A stretch of DNA of 64,000 nt from the human T2T-CHM13v2.0 reference genome, Homo sapiens, in the NCBI RefSeq assembly GCF_009914755.1, contig NC_060938.1, one strand, 5' to 3'. Every line of letters starts with the position of its first letter. The first letter of the stretch is position 1. A model generated the notes under the pieces. The model did not search any database. It saw only the letters and a list, made by a program, of their open reading frames with translations, and was not told the DNA's origin. A program made the position numbers and the translations under genes. Below are positions 30,798 to 45,687 of the stretch, piece after piece.

Positions 30798-31699
30798 CTC
30801 TCAAATTTCTCAACAAGGATTGTAAAATTTGTGATTCTTTAGTTATAAAGTCTGGCATTTACTGACTACTTCCTACTTATCAGGCAATTTACATATGTTA
30901 AAACTTACTACCTAGAATGATCTACCAAAACAGGCAATGTTATCCCAGTTTCATAGATGAAAAACGGTTTTAGAGAAAACCATATTCCCAACAATTATTG
31001 GAGCTAACCTCTGAATCCAGGGCTATTTAACCCAAATAACTGTTTCTCCAAGTTTTACTGTCTTTCATGAGTATGATATAATGAAAATGGTTTTCAAAAG
31101 CTTGTGCTTTAGCATAAGTAGGAAAACAAATCTGAAATGTGTTTTAATTATGTTAAAATGCCTGAAGGAAATTGTATTGTTTTCCTGTAAAAAGACTGCA
31201 GGTTATCTAAAATATAACCTCTCTTTACTTTTGATTGAAATTAAATAAAATCACATGATGACAATGATTATCTGATGTTTATTAAAAACTCTAATAGCCC
31301 ATTACTTGTTTTTGCTGAAAAAATTATAAATTATTAGATAAACTGGGTAAAAATTACATAAAGATATAAGTTGGGTGTTATTGGGATAGACTGAATAATC
31401 ATGAAGAGTTTTGTAGTTCCAGGATTCCCAAATTGCATAAAACACAGTGTTGGTCCATATTTGCATCTTCTTTGTTCTTGAGGATTAAATATGATCGCGT
31501 TAGCTCTCCTAATGTTTTGTTTATATGGCACCAACTCGGCAGTTATTTGAAAGCCCCAGGTGATTGAATGAAATTTTCCCTTTGCATTTGAAGTTTTCAC
31601 ATCAATTAATGCAATAAGAAAGTCATTGATTTAATTAATAATCACGGAAAATTCTTCTGCCTTGCCACCTCTAAATTTATCCTCAGTTAAAGAAATGGT

Positions 31700-31820
31700 T
31701 TCATTTATTTATTTAACTATATTCACTGAGTACCTACTGCATGCCCACCACCGTGCTAGGACTGGGGTTTCAAAGATGAATACATCAGAGGCCTTGCTTT
31801 TAAAGGGCTCAAGATATCAT
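31700..31820 (-). mobile_element. LINE-2 3' end
   Basis: ATTCACTGAGTACCTACTGCATGCC...GTGCTAGGACTGGGG. Confidence 0.65.
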
Positions 31821-33333
31821 GAGTAAAAATATTTTAGCATTTGCTTCAGTTTATTTATTTCCCCTTAACTGAGCCCCATACCATTCTCTTTCTAGTAATT
31901 TAATTTGCCTATTTCTTAATATAACTAAGATTTTCATTATTTTATTAAGACATTTGTGCCCGTATTCTCTAAATGGCACCTGTTTTCAAAATACTTAGGA
32001 ATATTAATTAGCTTGTTTTTCAGCACAAAGGAGAAAATCATGTTTTAAAAATGCAATTACCCTTTATCAGTTGAAATAATAGGATTTATTTTAAATATTT
32101 GTTTTTCAATGGTATACAAACAAATGCTAGAAACAAAATATAAGTAGTTTTTTCAGCTGATATTATTTTTTAGGATCTCAATATTTTGGAGAAATGAGTT
32201 CCTCACATCTAAAATTTATAAATACGTGCCGGTTTTCATTTGATGCAAACTTCTAAAAAACAACCAATTTTCTGGAGCAGAATTAATATAAAAGAAAAAT
32301 TTTAGAGACTGTCTTTTTCATCTTTTCATTTTTAATTAATTAATTATTCTTAGTTTGCTTCTGAGAATTGGAAATGCCTTTCAGTATTTTCAAATGTAGA
32401 AAAAACGTAGAGTTAATCCATAAATGCCCTCTTGTGACAATCTCCAAAAATGCAACTGCCTTTTCCTTCATTTGCTACACTTTTCCTTTTTTTCTAAAAC
32501 AATTTCATATATCCAAAGTGTAACAGTTCTGATTTAAAAAAATCAGTTTTATATTTTATCTGATGAAACTAACTCATCTATTTTTAATAAGCTATGGGGT
32601 GTATTGCAATTTAGACAGAAAAACGTGTGACAATACTATTTCTTCTGGCTTAGGAAAGACTTTCCTTCTACTGTCACTGATCTCCACTTTGGTGGTGTAA
32701 GTACATGGTGGAGTACATGGTGAGGGAGTTTGTAGATGTGAAAAGATTCTTTTTCAATCTTTTCTTGAAAACTTCCAGAGTCATAGAACATTTTCCAGTG
32801 AGATAGTTAAATATAATAAACACATTGAATTAGCCCTAGTCATTCCTTCACAATTATTGATAATTTTAATAAATGATCTCAGTTATATTGTGTAGTCATC
32901 TTTGGAGTTCCCAGAAGCAAATGTTAATTTTAAATTTTAAAATAAAACCAACAATTACTAAAGCAGTCCAATGACTTGCCCAGAGTAAAAAGTGAGTGCA
33001 TCACTGTATGATCCATGGGCCAACACTGACTTTCTATGGGTTTTAAACATACATGTATTCAGAAGGCGGAAGACAGCAAAGCTTTTCAAAGGGCACTTGG
33101 TGTATATTTCTTAAAGTTTATTTCTGAACCTTTGCTTTATGCCAAGAATATCTAACTTTCTCTGGTTTTAGAACACAAAAAGAATGTTGAAGACTGTTTT
33201 CTTTTCAAAATTTAGGTTAAAACAGCTTTCCATGAAGAAATAAATCTTAAAATTTTTCTTAAGAAGATGCTATAATGTAGAACTATGAAAATAGCCAGAC
33301 CTATGTTTGGACAAGTAGTTACTAGATTTAAAA

Positions 33334-33336
<3 letters not shown>

Positions 33337-33371
<35 letters not shown>
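33337..33371. repeat. (AC)n microsatellite inside a MIR remnant (about 33290-33490)
   Basis: Perfect AC run flanked by MIR-like sequence. Confidence 0.9.
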
Positions 33372-33372
<1 letters not shown>

Positions 33373-33508
33373 CAGTTTCTTTTTCTGAAAAAGGAGAGCA
33401 ATAGTAACCTAATTACAGAGCTTTAGTGAGATTTACATGATATTTGTATAGCCCTTGCCCTTAGTAGAAGCTTAACACTATAGCCATTATTATTTGTAAA
33501 AAGTTTAT

Positions 33509-33859
<351 letters not shown>

Positions 33860-34198
33860 CTAAGATGGCCACACATCAGTAACTATTCATTACTTCATCA
33901 CTTTATGTCCCTCAGATTTTAAAATACTATAATTATATAAACATGTTTAATGTTTATAGCACATGGAAATAAAAAAATCAATAATGTCAATATTATTTAT
34001 ACTTATTTTGTTAACTTAAATAATTTGCTTGAACGTAATTCTCTTGATAATAAAACCTGCCAATAAGTAACAGAGTTCCACAAATTTTTTCCTCTGGCTG
34101 ATAGAATCTTTCGGTTACAAAGTCTTCTGATAACCAACAGAGGGTGAAAGAGGTGTAGAGAATACAAATCAGTGATCTATGATAGAACTCAGAGACAT

Positions 34199-34339
34199 CC
34201 TGTAAACCCAGCTGCTCAGGAGGCTGAGGCAGAAGAATCGCTTGAACCCAGGAGACAGAGGTTGCAGTGAGCCCAGATCACGCCATTGCACTCCAGCCTG
34301 AGCGACACAGTGAGACTCCCTCTCAAAAAAAAAAAGAAA
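34199..34339 (+). mobile_element. 5'-truncated Alu (right arm)
   Basis: Right-arm consensus plus A tail; 18-bp TSD AGAACTC(A/G)GAGACATCCT at 34184-34201 and 34340-34357. Confidence 0.9.
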
Positions 34340-34689
34340 AGAACTCGGAGACATCCTACACAAAGAAAGACTGTAGAGAAAGCAGGGAACAGGGATGTTT
34401 GCCATTGTTATATTCAGGATGGAAATCATGGGAGCAATGGAACCTGAATTTCCCACCACTTTTGAAATGGACACAATATATTTTGGAGAGCTACCAATGA
34501 AATCAGATTTTCTATTTTAGGAGCCCTGGCAAATAATCGTGTCATTTAATTTCACAAACACAAATGAATTACAAACCAGAGTGCAGGATGATACCAAAAA
34601 CTGAATATCGATTATGATATTTGAAAAGGTTCCCCTATCCCAAGTGTAGCATTTGATGTCCCCCTTTCCCTCACCTTCCTTCCTTACTT

Positions 34690-35472
34690 TATTACCATTT
34701 TTATACATTTTACTTCCTAAATATACCTTGAATCTTCCCATTTATCTCCACGTTTGCCAATACTACCCTATTAAATATAGCATCATCTTCCATGTGGATT
34801 ACTGAAAGAGCCTCCAAATTAGTATTTCTGAATCCAGTCTCTTCCCTACTACTACCACTTCTCTCCCAGCACCACCACCAAACACACACGCTGAGTTCTG
34901 CCTCCAAACTACAGTCAGGGTTATATTTTGAAAACACAAATATGATGAAATAGAACACGACTTTGGAACCTTCAATGATTTTCCATCACACATAGGATAA
35001 AGTGCCTAATCCTAACTGCCTAAATTATCTACCCGACCTTCCATGTCTACTTCTCCAATCTTGTGTCTATCTACTCTTCCCAGCAAATCGTGGGCTACAC
35101 TGGCCTCTGTCTAGTCCCCCAAATACCTTAAATTATTTTCTGTTACTGGGATTTCCCACACATTTTTCTTCTACCACCTGTTGCCTAATGTCTATTCGTC
35201 TGATCTCAGCTCAAACATCACTTCCGGAGAATAGCCCTGCTATCCTCAGAACAAGTGTACAATGTGTGCTATAAAATAACGTACTCTGGTTCATTTCCTC
35301 CAAGCAACTTATAATAGTTTATACTTAAATGTTTATTTGATGGTCCATTGATAAGTACCTATTATTGGTCTCATTAGACTGTATTCTCCTTCAGACTGGA
35401 TCTACTTGCTCACCACTATAATTGCAGGGCCTAGAACAGGGCCTGACACATAATTGATGCTCAATAAATTAA
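34690..35472 (+). mobile_element. LINE-2 3' region
   Basis: CATCATCTTCCATGTGGATTACTG...CTCAGCTCAAACATCACTTCC...CTAGAACAGGGCCTGACACATAA...CTCAATAAAT. Confidence 0.8.
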
Positions 35473-35627
35473 TAGCTTTTTTCTTTCTGCTAGAAAAATC
35501 ATTCTGTGTTTAATCTTTCTTCAGGATAAATATGTATCCTACACAATATTTTTATTTTCCCCCTCTTCTTCGCAATTCCAAACCAATCAGCTATGCTTGC
35601 CAAACAACTAGACTGTCTTAATGCAAC

Positions 35628-35644
35628 GCTGCCACCTGTTGGCT
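35628..35644 (-). promoter_or_regulatory. CTCF-like motif
   Basis: Reverse complement AGCCAACAGGTGGCAGC; one core mismatch to CCASYAGRKGGCRS. Confidence 0.4.
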
Positions 35645-37283
35645 CCTCTCTGCCTCAACATTTCTCTCCATCTCCTTTGCAGGGAATCAGGCCCCTGGTG
35701 CACATTCCTCACCTTTCTTCCTTATTTAGTCAAACACATAATTAAGTGTCTCTTATATGTACACACACATCCTTCTAAACTTCCTATTTATTCTATTTCA
35801 ACTTTTCTTCACTCATTCAGGAAACATTCTCCACTGCCTTTGTTTTTCCTCTTTCTCCCTCCTCCTCTTCCTGTCAGCTTTTTCCTCCTCCTTCTTCTTT
35901 TTTGTTATAGTATTTCTGTAGAAAAAATATATCTAAAGTTCCAGAAATTTGCCTTCCAAATTTTAGCTTGGAATTATTTATAAGATAGAACTTTCTAAAA
36001 GACATTGGGCTTACAGAACCAAATTGGCCTATATTTGTCCCATTAACATTCCTGAAAAAACTTAAATTATAGGATTGTATGCTAATTTTATGGTAATATT
36101 ATCTTCTGCATCTGTTTTAGGGATAAAGTTAAACAGATAACTTGAGCAAGCATATAATCTCAATGAATTAATGCTGTTTTTAAGTAATGGTTGACCATTG
36201 TACATATACGGTATTATATTAAGTGAAATAATTTATTGTGAGTTTAAAAACAGGAAAATAAAATAAAATGAATATGAAAAAGGTAAAAAGAGAATGTTTG
36301 TTTTATAATTTTCAAAGTAGATTTATTACTTCTTCATCTCAATCATACTGTACTTAATGTTGCAAGTTTGTGATTATAAAATAAAATAATTAACTATATG
36401 TAGAAAGACTCTAAAGCAACAGAAAATTTTGAATTATGAGCCATATTTAAGTTACGATCTTGAATAAATCATCTAATCTTTCTGTAATTACATATAAGAC
36501 TCATAAAGCTAGATACTAATTCGAGTGGAAACTTACCTGTGTAATGTGGAGATTTCACAATTTCATTGAGGAAACTTGACAATGAAGAAAATGTATTTTA
36601 AATAACTCCTAAATGTCAAAATTAATTGTATTAAAATTATTTTGTATGAGTATTGATTATTTGGCTACTTTAGCATGAGATATTACATTATTCTCTATTT
36701 CTTGAAAACTTTAATACATAATCAATTGGATATTATTTAAAGTTTTACATAGGCTGACAGTTCAATAAAGCAATTATGACTAAAATTACTTTCACATTTA
36801 CAACACGAAAACTAAGAAGAGGAATTACATTTTTTTCTAAATGTATTATACAAAGTTAATTAAGTATTTTTATAAAATTAATAAATATTTTAACACAAGA
36901 TGCAGCAAACCTTTCATAAGGAAAACTCTCCTACCATTGAATTCAATTCAATTTGTCAAACATTTAATGAGCAATGACTTAATACTATGAAGAATACACA
37001 AATCAGGAAGACAAAATCCCCACTCTTCTGGAGCATGAGCAAACCAAGCAGGAAAATTAGACATCTATTTTCAAACCAAAAGGAAATGAGGAAAGACACT
37101 AATTGTTTTACAACTATTAATCTTGCAGAAGTAAGAGAACCTACCTTTCAAGATATAATAAACTCTTTTGTGAGGCCATCAGTCTAGCCATTCCTCATAT
37201 GTCAAATTCGAAATAATTATTGATTGCTTCGAGTGACATCATTATAATACTTTTTTAAATGTTTTAGCATAAGAGTTATAAAC

Positions 37284-37417
37284 AGACTGGGTGCTATGGC
37301 TCATGACTGTAATCCCAGAGCTTTGGAAGGCTGAAGTGGGAGGATCGTTTCAGTCCAGGAGTTGAAGACCAGCCTGGGCAAAATAGTGAGAACCTGTCTC
37401 TATAAAACATTTTTTAA
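37284..37417 (+). mobile_element. FLAM / AluJ left monomer
   Basis: Single left-arm monomer with GGAGGATCG...CCAGGAGTT...AGCCTGGGCAA. Confidence 0.85.
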
Positions 37418-37721
<304 letters not shown>

Positions 37722-37870
37722 TTAAATGAGTGATAAACAATTTGGAAAAATGACCAGTAAAATAGTCCTGAAGGTACTCAGAGTGGATTTATAGCAAATG
37801 TATGTTAATCTTGATTAATTGACGAATGAGAAAATGTTATTATGGTAATTTTTTTGCAAATCCAGTTCTA

Positions 37871-38461
<591 letters not shown>

Positions 38462-38627
38462 TTTAAAATTTTTTTTTTTAATTTTAAATCCAGTTCTGGC
38501 GTAAGTCGCCTCGATTTCATATTGTTCATGAAAATATTTGATTTTTGCAAAATAGGGAGCAGTCAACAGAGACAGAGTTCTTCACAAAACTATTTTATTT
38601 ATATGCCTAAATATTATTTTTCTATAG

Positions 38628-39034
<407 letters not shown>

Positions 39035-39485
39035 TTAAAAACAAAACAAACAAATAAAAATTCTTGTTGGACTGGCTGAAACATAAGATTCCATAAGTAA
39101 AAAGTCCAGTCTGCCGATATGATTAATGCTTTTATAATACTGCTATGAAATGCGGCTACTTATTAATTTGACCAAAAGTTAAAAAGAGATGACTCAAAAT
39201 ATTCATACTGCGTGTTTGAACAATCTTAGCATCAACTTGGAGAAACTTCTGTCTGCAACAAGTTCTTTTTAAGTCAACCTAAAGAATTACTTAAGATAAC
39301 TATTTATAGTTCAAATATGTCTAAATAAAGCATTTTATATACTAATTATATCCATAAAAGTGTGGGCTTCATGGGCTGTACTATGTTCCCTTATATCATG
39401 TGAGTTAAGATTAGAAAACAATATCCCAGGACTAGATCTTTTAAAATACTCTAATTACTAAAATAGTTAGAAATAAGTTAATAAA

Positions 39486-40067
39486 TCATTGTGGCATTAT
39501 TCACAATAGCCAAGATATGGAATCAACTTAAGCATCTATCAGTAAATAAATGGATAAACAAAACGCTGTATATAATCACAATGGAGTACTAGTTAGCACT
39601 AAAAAATAAGTCCTGTTATTTGCTACAACATGCGTGAAACTAGAGGACATTAAGTGAAATAAGCCAGGAACAGAAAAACAAATACTGCCTGATCACACAT
39701 ATATGTGGAATCCAAAAAAGTTAACTCGTTGCAAGAGAGTAGAATGGTGGTCTCCAGCAGCTTGTCTTGGAAGGTGTTAAGGAGATGTTGGTCAGAGGAT
39801 ACAAAATTTCAGTTAGAGAGAAGGAAGAAGTTCAGGAGTTCTACTGTACAATATAGTACAATATATTGACAATAGTTAATTTCAATGAATCATACAAGTG
39901 TATTCTTGAAAATTACTAAAACAATAGATAGATGCATATTGTGTTCTCCCAACAAAAATTAAGTGAGGTAGTACATATGGTAATTAGCTTGATTGAGCCA
40001 TTTCATTATGTGTACATATTTCAAAATATACATAATAAATACATATAATTTTTATTTGTGAATTTAA
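39486..40067 (+). mobile_element. L1MA-type 3' end
   Basis: GCATTATTCACAATAGCCAAGATATGGAATCAAC...GGATACAAAATTTCAGTTAGA. Confidence 0.88.
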
Positions 40068-40443
40068 ACAGGAAATTATGTAATAACCAGTAATTGTGCA
40101 TCTATTAATGGAAAAAATCTAATAATATTACAGATAACTTCTAAAACATTATAGCTTGTATATTAATTTAATATCTTTCTCACTTAATTAGGAAATATTA
40201 TTCATTTAGAAGGGAAAATAAATAAGAAAAACAAGACACGGATCTGTTTTTGCCCAGAAAACAGCAGATCCCAAATCATGTCACTATCTTTAGCACTTAC
40301 GTATCTCTAATTCTATTCCCATAATGTATTAGGTCATTTGTTCTTTATTTTGACTTTTTAAAGTTTATCATTTGCATCACATTACATATTTCATGTTAAA
40401 TAAATTGCAACAATAAGTTATATCTCAGGTTAAAATATCTTTT

Positions 40444-40850
40444 GATATATATGTATGTATATACACATATATGTGGATATATATGTATGTATATACACAT
40501 ATATGTGGATATATATGTATGTATATACACATATATGTGGATATATATGTATGTATATACACATATATGTGGATATATATGTATGTATATACACATATAT
40601 GTGGATATATATGTATGTATATACACATATATGTGGATATATATGTATGTATATACACATATATGTGGATATATATGTATGTATATACACATATATGTGG
40701 ATATATATGTATGTATATACACATATATGTGGATATATATGTATGTATATACACATATATGTGGATATATATGTATGTATATACACATATAGGTGGATAT
40801 ATATGTATGTATATACACATATAGGTGGATATATATGTGTATATATATAG
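40444..40850. repeat. 32-bp minisatellite, about 12.5 copies, followed by (AG)n to 40875
   Basis: Unit GATATATATGTATGTATATACACATATATGTG; units 1-10 identical, units 11-12 end ATAGGTG. Confidence 0.97.
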
Positions 40851-42859
40851 AGAGAGAGAGAGAGAGAAAGAGAGCACTCTGGCCTTGAGTATACTTGGCC
40901 TTCATAACTTCTGTATTGATAATACCAGCAGAGGAAGAATAGTTAACTTGGTTGTGGGGTATAATATATGCAAACATAATAAATCATTTTTTCTCCAATT
41001 TTGTATTTTTTTTTTCATGGTCATGTAGGTACAACAGTAGTTTCCTTTGCTCTTAAAATTAAATGTGGATTTTGGAAAACATTATGGGAAAATAATAATT
41101 CACTAGGACAATATTAAATATAAAATATGTAGTTTTATTTATCAAGAGAAGATGACGTATTAAGTAGCAGAAAAATAGATACATATATAGGTATATGTAT
41201 GTGTGTGTATATATATTTCCCAGTTTATAACCTAATTTTCTATATTGATTTTTGATAGAGAAAAAAAGACATTGATTCTAAGAACTTTGGAATCATTGAA
41301 GGCTTTTGGAGGGAGGAATGGACAGCAATAAAACTGTTAAGATCAAAATGATTTAAAATTTCAGGTGCTATACACCTTAAGATAATTTTTTATTTAACCA
41401 AAATCACAGTAATATGTATCATATTATTTATAGTAAGTCTAATCAGTGAATCTCATTATAAAGCTACCCATAATTTAGTGTACTTAAAACATAAATGTGG
41501 TGTCATTTAACTGCTGACAAAACAGTTTTATTGACAGAAATAGCTTGAGTTAAAAGAAGGATCTTGAGAAGTTTACAGTTTTATTTTTTTCAAGCACCAC
41601 AAACTAATAAGCAAAAACATATGAATTAGATAAAATACTTCATTAAGTTACTTTTATTGGGTAAGTCAATGTGATATGATTACATTTTAGAGACATTTAA
41701 TTCTTCATCATATAAAATCACATTGATGTTTGGTTATATTTTCTCTTCTGGTGATGTAGCCATTCAAACTATTTTACTCATATCAAAGCAGAGATATTAT
41801 GAAGTTAAAACTAAAGTCATTTTCATCAAAGCTAATCATAAATTTTATTTTCTTAAGTGTCTCCTAGAGTATTCATATTGCAGGTCTATAAAGGAGACTC
41901 TTAAAAGTACTCTCTGGTCTTGGGTTCTAATTAGAAAGAATCCCATCAAACGTGGGAGCATTGATGTGATGATAGTCAGGAGAGCAAAAACAAAAACACT
42001 CACATTTGGTTCATGAAGCTTTGGATGAACCCATTGAACACTGATATTTTAGGAAAGTATTTCTTACTGTTGAAAGTATAATTGGCCATTCATTACTTAG
42101 ATGGCCAGCTTCACAGTGGTTTGCACCCATTTGTATAACTTAAGTAAATGCATAAATGCTTCCTTTGAAATGACATAAAACCTAAATCATTCCATAAACT
42201 AATAAATGATAGTTGCTCGCTATCTTGTACACAGTTAGCTTTTTATTGGTTAAAAAAATGTAAGTGAACATCACAGATGCAAAATGTTTGTTGTTAAGAA
42301 TGTGTGTTTACAGGTGTGGAATACCCTAAGGATGGGTAGAACTGATACCCTGCTGCAGGTGCAGACTTTAATAAACAGGAACTTGTCTTTCCTCTAATCA
42401 CTTCTCTCCTTTATCATGCTTTTGGATTATCTCAATTCACATTAAGTATCACTTGTGCATAAAGCATATACAGTGTACTATATTTATTTAGGTATACATG
42501 TGACTAGATCTTCTATGAATAAAACCCAAAATGCATTCACATGAGAAAATGGAGTGGTTTAATTTAAATATTTTAGGAGTGCTAGAATACTAATAAACAT
42601 CTGGAAGAACAGATAAAACTAGATAAATGTTTAGCCTTGTTATGAGTAACACACTAGCATACGATTAGGTTTATAATGGTTGTAATTTAACAAAACTGTT
42701 GTATGAAATATTTTGTTTAGCATTCATTAAAAACTGTTAATGCACTTGTGTTTTTCATGGACTAAATTTTTTGCAGCAGACGCACGTTATTAGTATAATA
42801 CAAATATGCTAAAAAGCAAACAGTTTGGTGTTAAAATGTTTTAAGTAGAATTGTGAAAA

Positions 42860-45687
42860 GAAATTTTACATCAATCTTTATTTTTTTTCATTTTTACAGG
42901 GAAAATTTTACCACAAATTCCATATTTTAATGATATTATACCAACTCTATTTTTTAAACTCATTTTGTCACTGTTTTGTAACAGAAACACTGTAAATATT
43001 ATAGATGTGGTAAACTATTATACTTGTTTTCTTATAAATGAAATGATCTGTGCCAACACTGACAAAATGAATTAATGTGTTACTAAGGCAACAGCCACAT
43101 TACATGCTTTCTCTTTCACAGTAGGCAGCAGAGCATATGGTTTTCTCTTAATGGAACGCTAGCTTCTCATTAACATACCAGTAGCAGTGTCAGAACTTAC
43201 AAACCAGCATAACAGGGAGATGGAAAAACTTATAAATTAGACCCTTTCAGTACTATTGAGAAGGAAATGACTGATGTTCTAAGGTACAATATTTAGCTAA
43301 TACTGTGCCCTTTTCTGCACCTTCTTTCCACAAAAAGAAACTTTTTTCTTATAATAAATATAAATATAAATATTGAAGTGCAAGTAATTTTTACCCTGCT
43401 TCTAAGAGTGATTGGCACCCTGATTTTGATAACTCTTCTTAAAAATAATATTTCATTGCCTTTTTGCTCACAGTATGTTTCAAACAGCTGTATTTTCACC
43501 ATTCTGTTTCAATACAGAGAAGCAGTTGAAATACAAAACTAATTTTCTTATCTTCCTAAAAGAGGAAATCCGTAAGGTAAACACAAAACGAACATGGGAA
43601 GGAAACCCTTTATTTTCTGAAGGCTAAGGCCTACCACGCCAATAGCAGAAGTGGAGCCGCCAAGAGGTCATGATTGGTAGTGAAGGGAAGAGAGGAATTG
43701 TATTTAATCCCTATTTCACCGCGTGTGGTTTAAATCATATTTAGCCATCTCATAATGATCACAGTGATTTAAATTGATCATCCAATTTTTTTTATTTTTT
43801 AAGCTCCTTCTCATTCAGAATTCAGCCGTATTTGAGGAAAGAACATGTCAATATCATGTCTTAAAAGACACATTTTAAAAGTTAAACCTATATGTATGAC
43901 CTAGAAATTATACTTACATATAGATAACAAAACTTCACATTCATGAATTCCATAAACTGAAGTAGCTTTTATCATCTTCATTTTATTTATTTATTTATTT
44001 TTTGAGACTGAGTCTCACTGTGTCGCCCAGGCTAGAGTACAGTGGCACGATCTCGGCTCACTGCAACCTCTGCATCCCGGGTTCAAGAAATTCTCTGCCT
44101 CAGCCTCCCGAGTAGCTGGAATTACAGGCACTTGTCACCACGCTCGGCTAATTTTTGTATTTTTTTAGTAGAGACAGGGTTTCACCATCTTGGCCAGGCT
44201 CGTCTTGAACACCTGACCTCGTGATCCTACCGCCTTGGCCTCCCAAAGTGCTGGGATTACAGGCGTGAGCCACTGCGCCCAGCCTATATTTTTATATTTT
44301 TATAGCATTCACTTATAATTAAATAATTGAGTGCTATAATAGTGAAATATAAGGTTCTGGAAAAGTTGACCTATGTTTCAGGGTTATTGGAAAGTAATTG
44401 CCAGAAATAAAGCAGATGTATTAATCCTCTGATAGCCAAAAACCTGAGGAGATAACAAAGTGAATTGGTGATTCTTTCCAAATACTTTAATGTCCACACT
44501 AGTTCAAGTCACTGAATGAAAAATTTTACTTCTAAAAGTCTAGCCATTTATAATACTATGCTCTTTCTATGAACATGTTCGTAGGTGTATCTTTCAGAGC
44601 TGCAGATCACAATGAATGACAAGAATAACTTTTAAAAGAATGTCAGGAATATATTAATAATACAAATATTATTTGACTCAACCATAAAAGCATAAACAAA
44701 CTTTCTAATCATTATTATCCTGCATAAGTAATACAATAATATATGTATCATTCTAAAAACTTATTTTCTCTTTGAGGGAGCTCAAAATTTAGCTGAATTG
44801 TGAGGATTATTCAATGTGAACATATTTGTGACTTAGCTCATTTTTTGTGAATACCTGAAGACACAGAACCAGGAATCAATAATGCGTAGAAAGGTATCCA
44901 GGTAACATTCCCAGAGGTATCATCAGCCTGATCTTCTAGGAGTTGAACCCCAGCGTTTAAAATTTTGGAACTTACTTATTTTCCTTTCACAAAGACAAAA
45001 TTATTAATTCTGTTCACAGAAAGTTATTTCTCTTTTCCTTCCGCCATAAAACATCACAGTATGTTTATTTCATAAATCATTCTCTTTCTCCCCTTGCCTC
45101 AAACTTTGCCATTATCTCTAAGACCCCTTTGGAAACTAACTTAATAACTATTATTGATTTGGGTCCAGTGCAAACTATTCACTTAAGGGTGTTTCTACAC
45201 TTTCTGAGCAGCAAGCAGCCAGATAACCATGGCCCATGCTGCAGATTTAATTTGAGTATCAACAGATCCAGATTTGGTAAGCATTTTTTTTTTCTTTTCT
45301 TACCAGACTCCAAGAGAGCCACAGGAAATAACTGGCACTGGCTGCTTGGCATATCCCTTTCCTCCATTTTGGTAATTTCTCTATAACCCTAAGAAAGGTA
45401 TGTGAAAAGTCATTGCCTCTCAGTGTGTGTTTCAACACCACTGAATCAGGAACATCTCTGCATACAGGTGTTAAAAGAAGCTTCCACCTCATGTCTAGCA
45501 TAAAACTTAAACCAATGGTTGTTATTCAGCTGAAGACAGTATCAGTGTAAAGTGCCACCGATCTGGTCACTGTCTCTGGGAGGCTGCCAGAGCTTCTGCA
45601 TTGGCTTCAGGGTGTCGTCTGTGAAGGAAGCCAATTAAGATCACAAGATAGTGGCGGGTAATAATAAACTTCTAATGATGTTCCTGA
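42860..45687 (-). other. candidate terminal exon / 3'UTR of an unidentified minus-strand transcript
   Basis: Acceptor ttttaattacctcttttcag at 45688, AATAAA at 42877-42882 (minus), AU-rich repeats and miRNA seed matches at 42980-43390. Confidence 0.35.
43981..44284 (-). mobile_element. Alu (AluS-type)
   Basis: Antisense Alu with (TTTA)n tail. Confidence 0.95.

Noticed and set aside
40444-40850. Regular 32-bp periodicity resembling a CRISPR array
   Set aside because: Head-to-tail identical units with no unique spacers, in primate DNA
40396-41028. Seven overlapping ORFs up to 193 aa ([12 protein letters not shown] repeats)
   Set aside because: Translations of the stop-poor 32-bp minisatellite, open in all frames, which is a hallmark of an artefact
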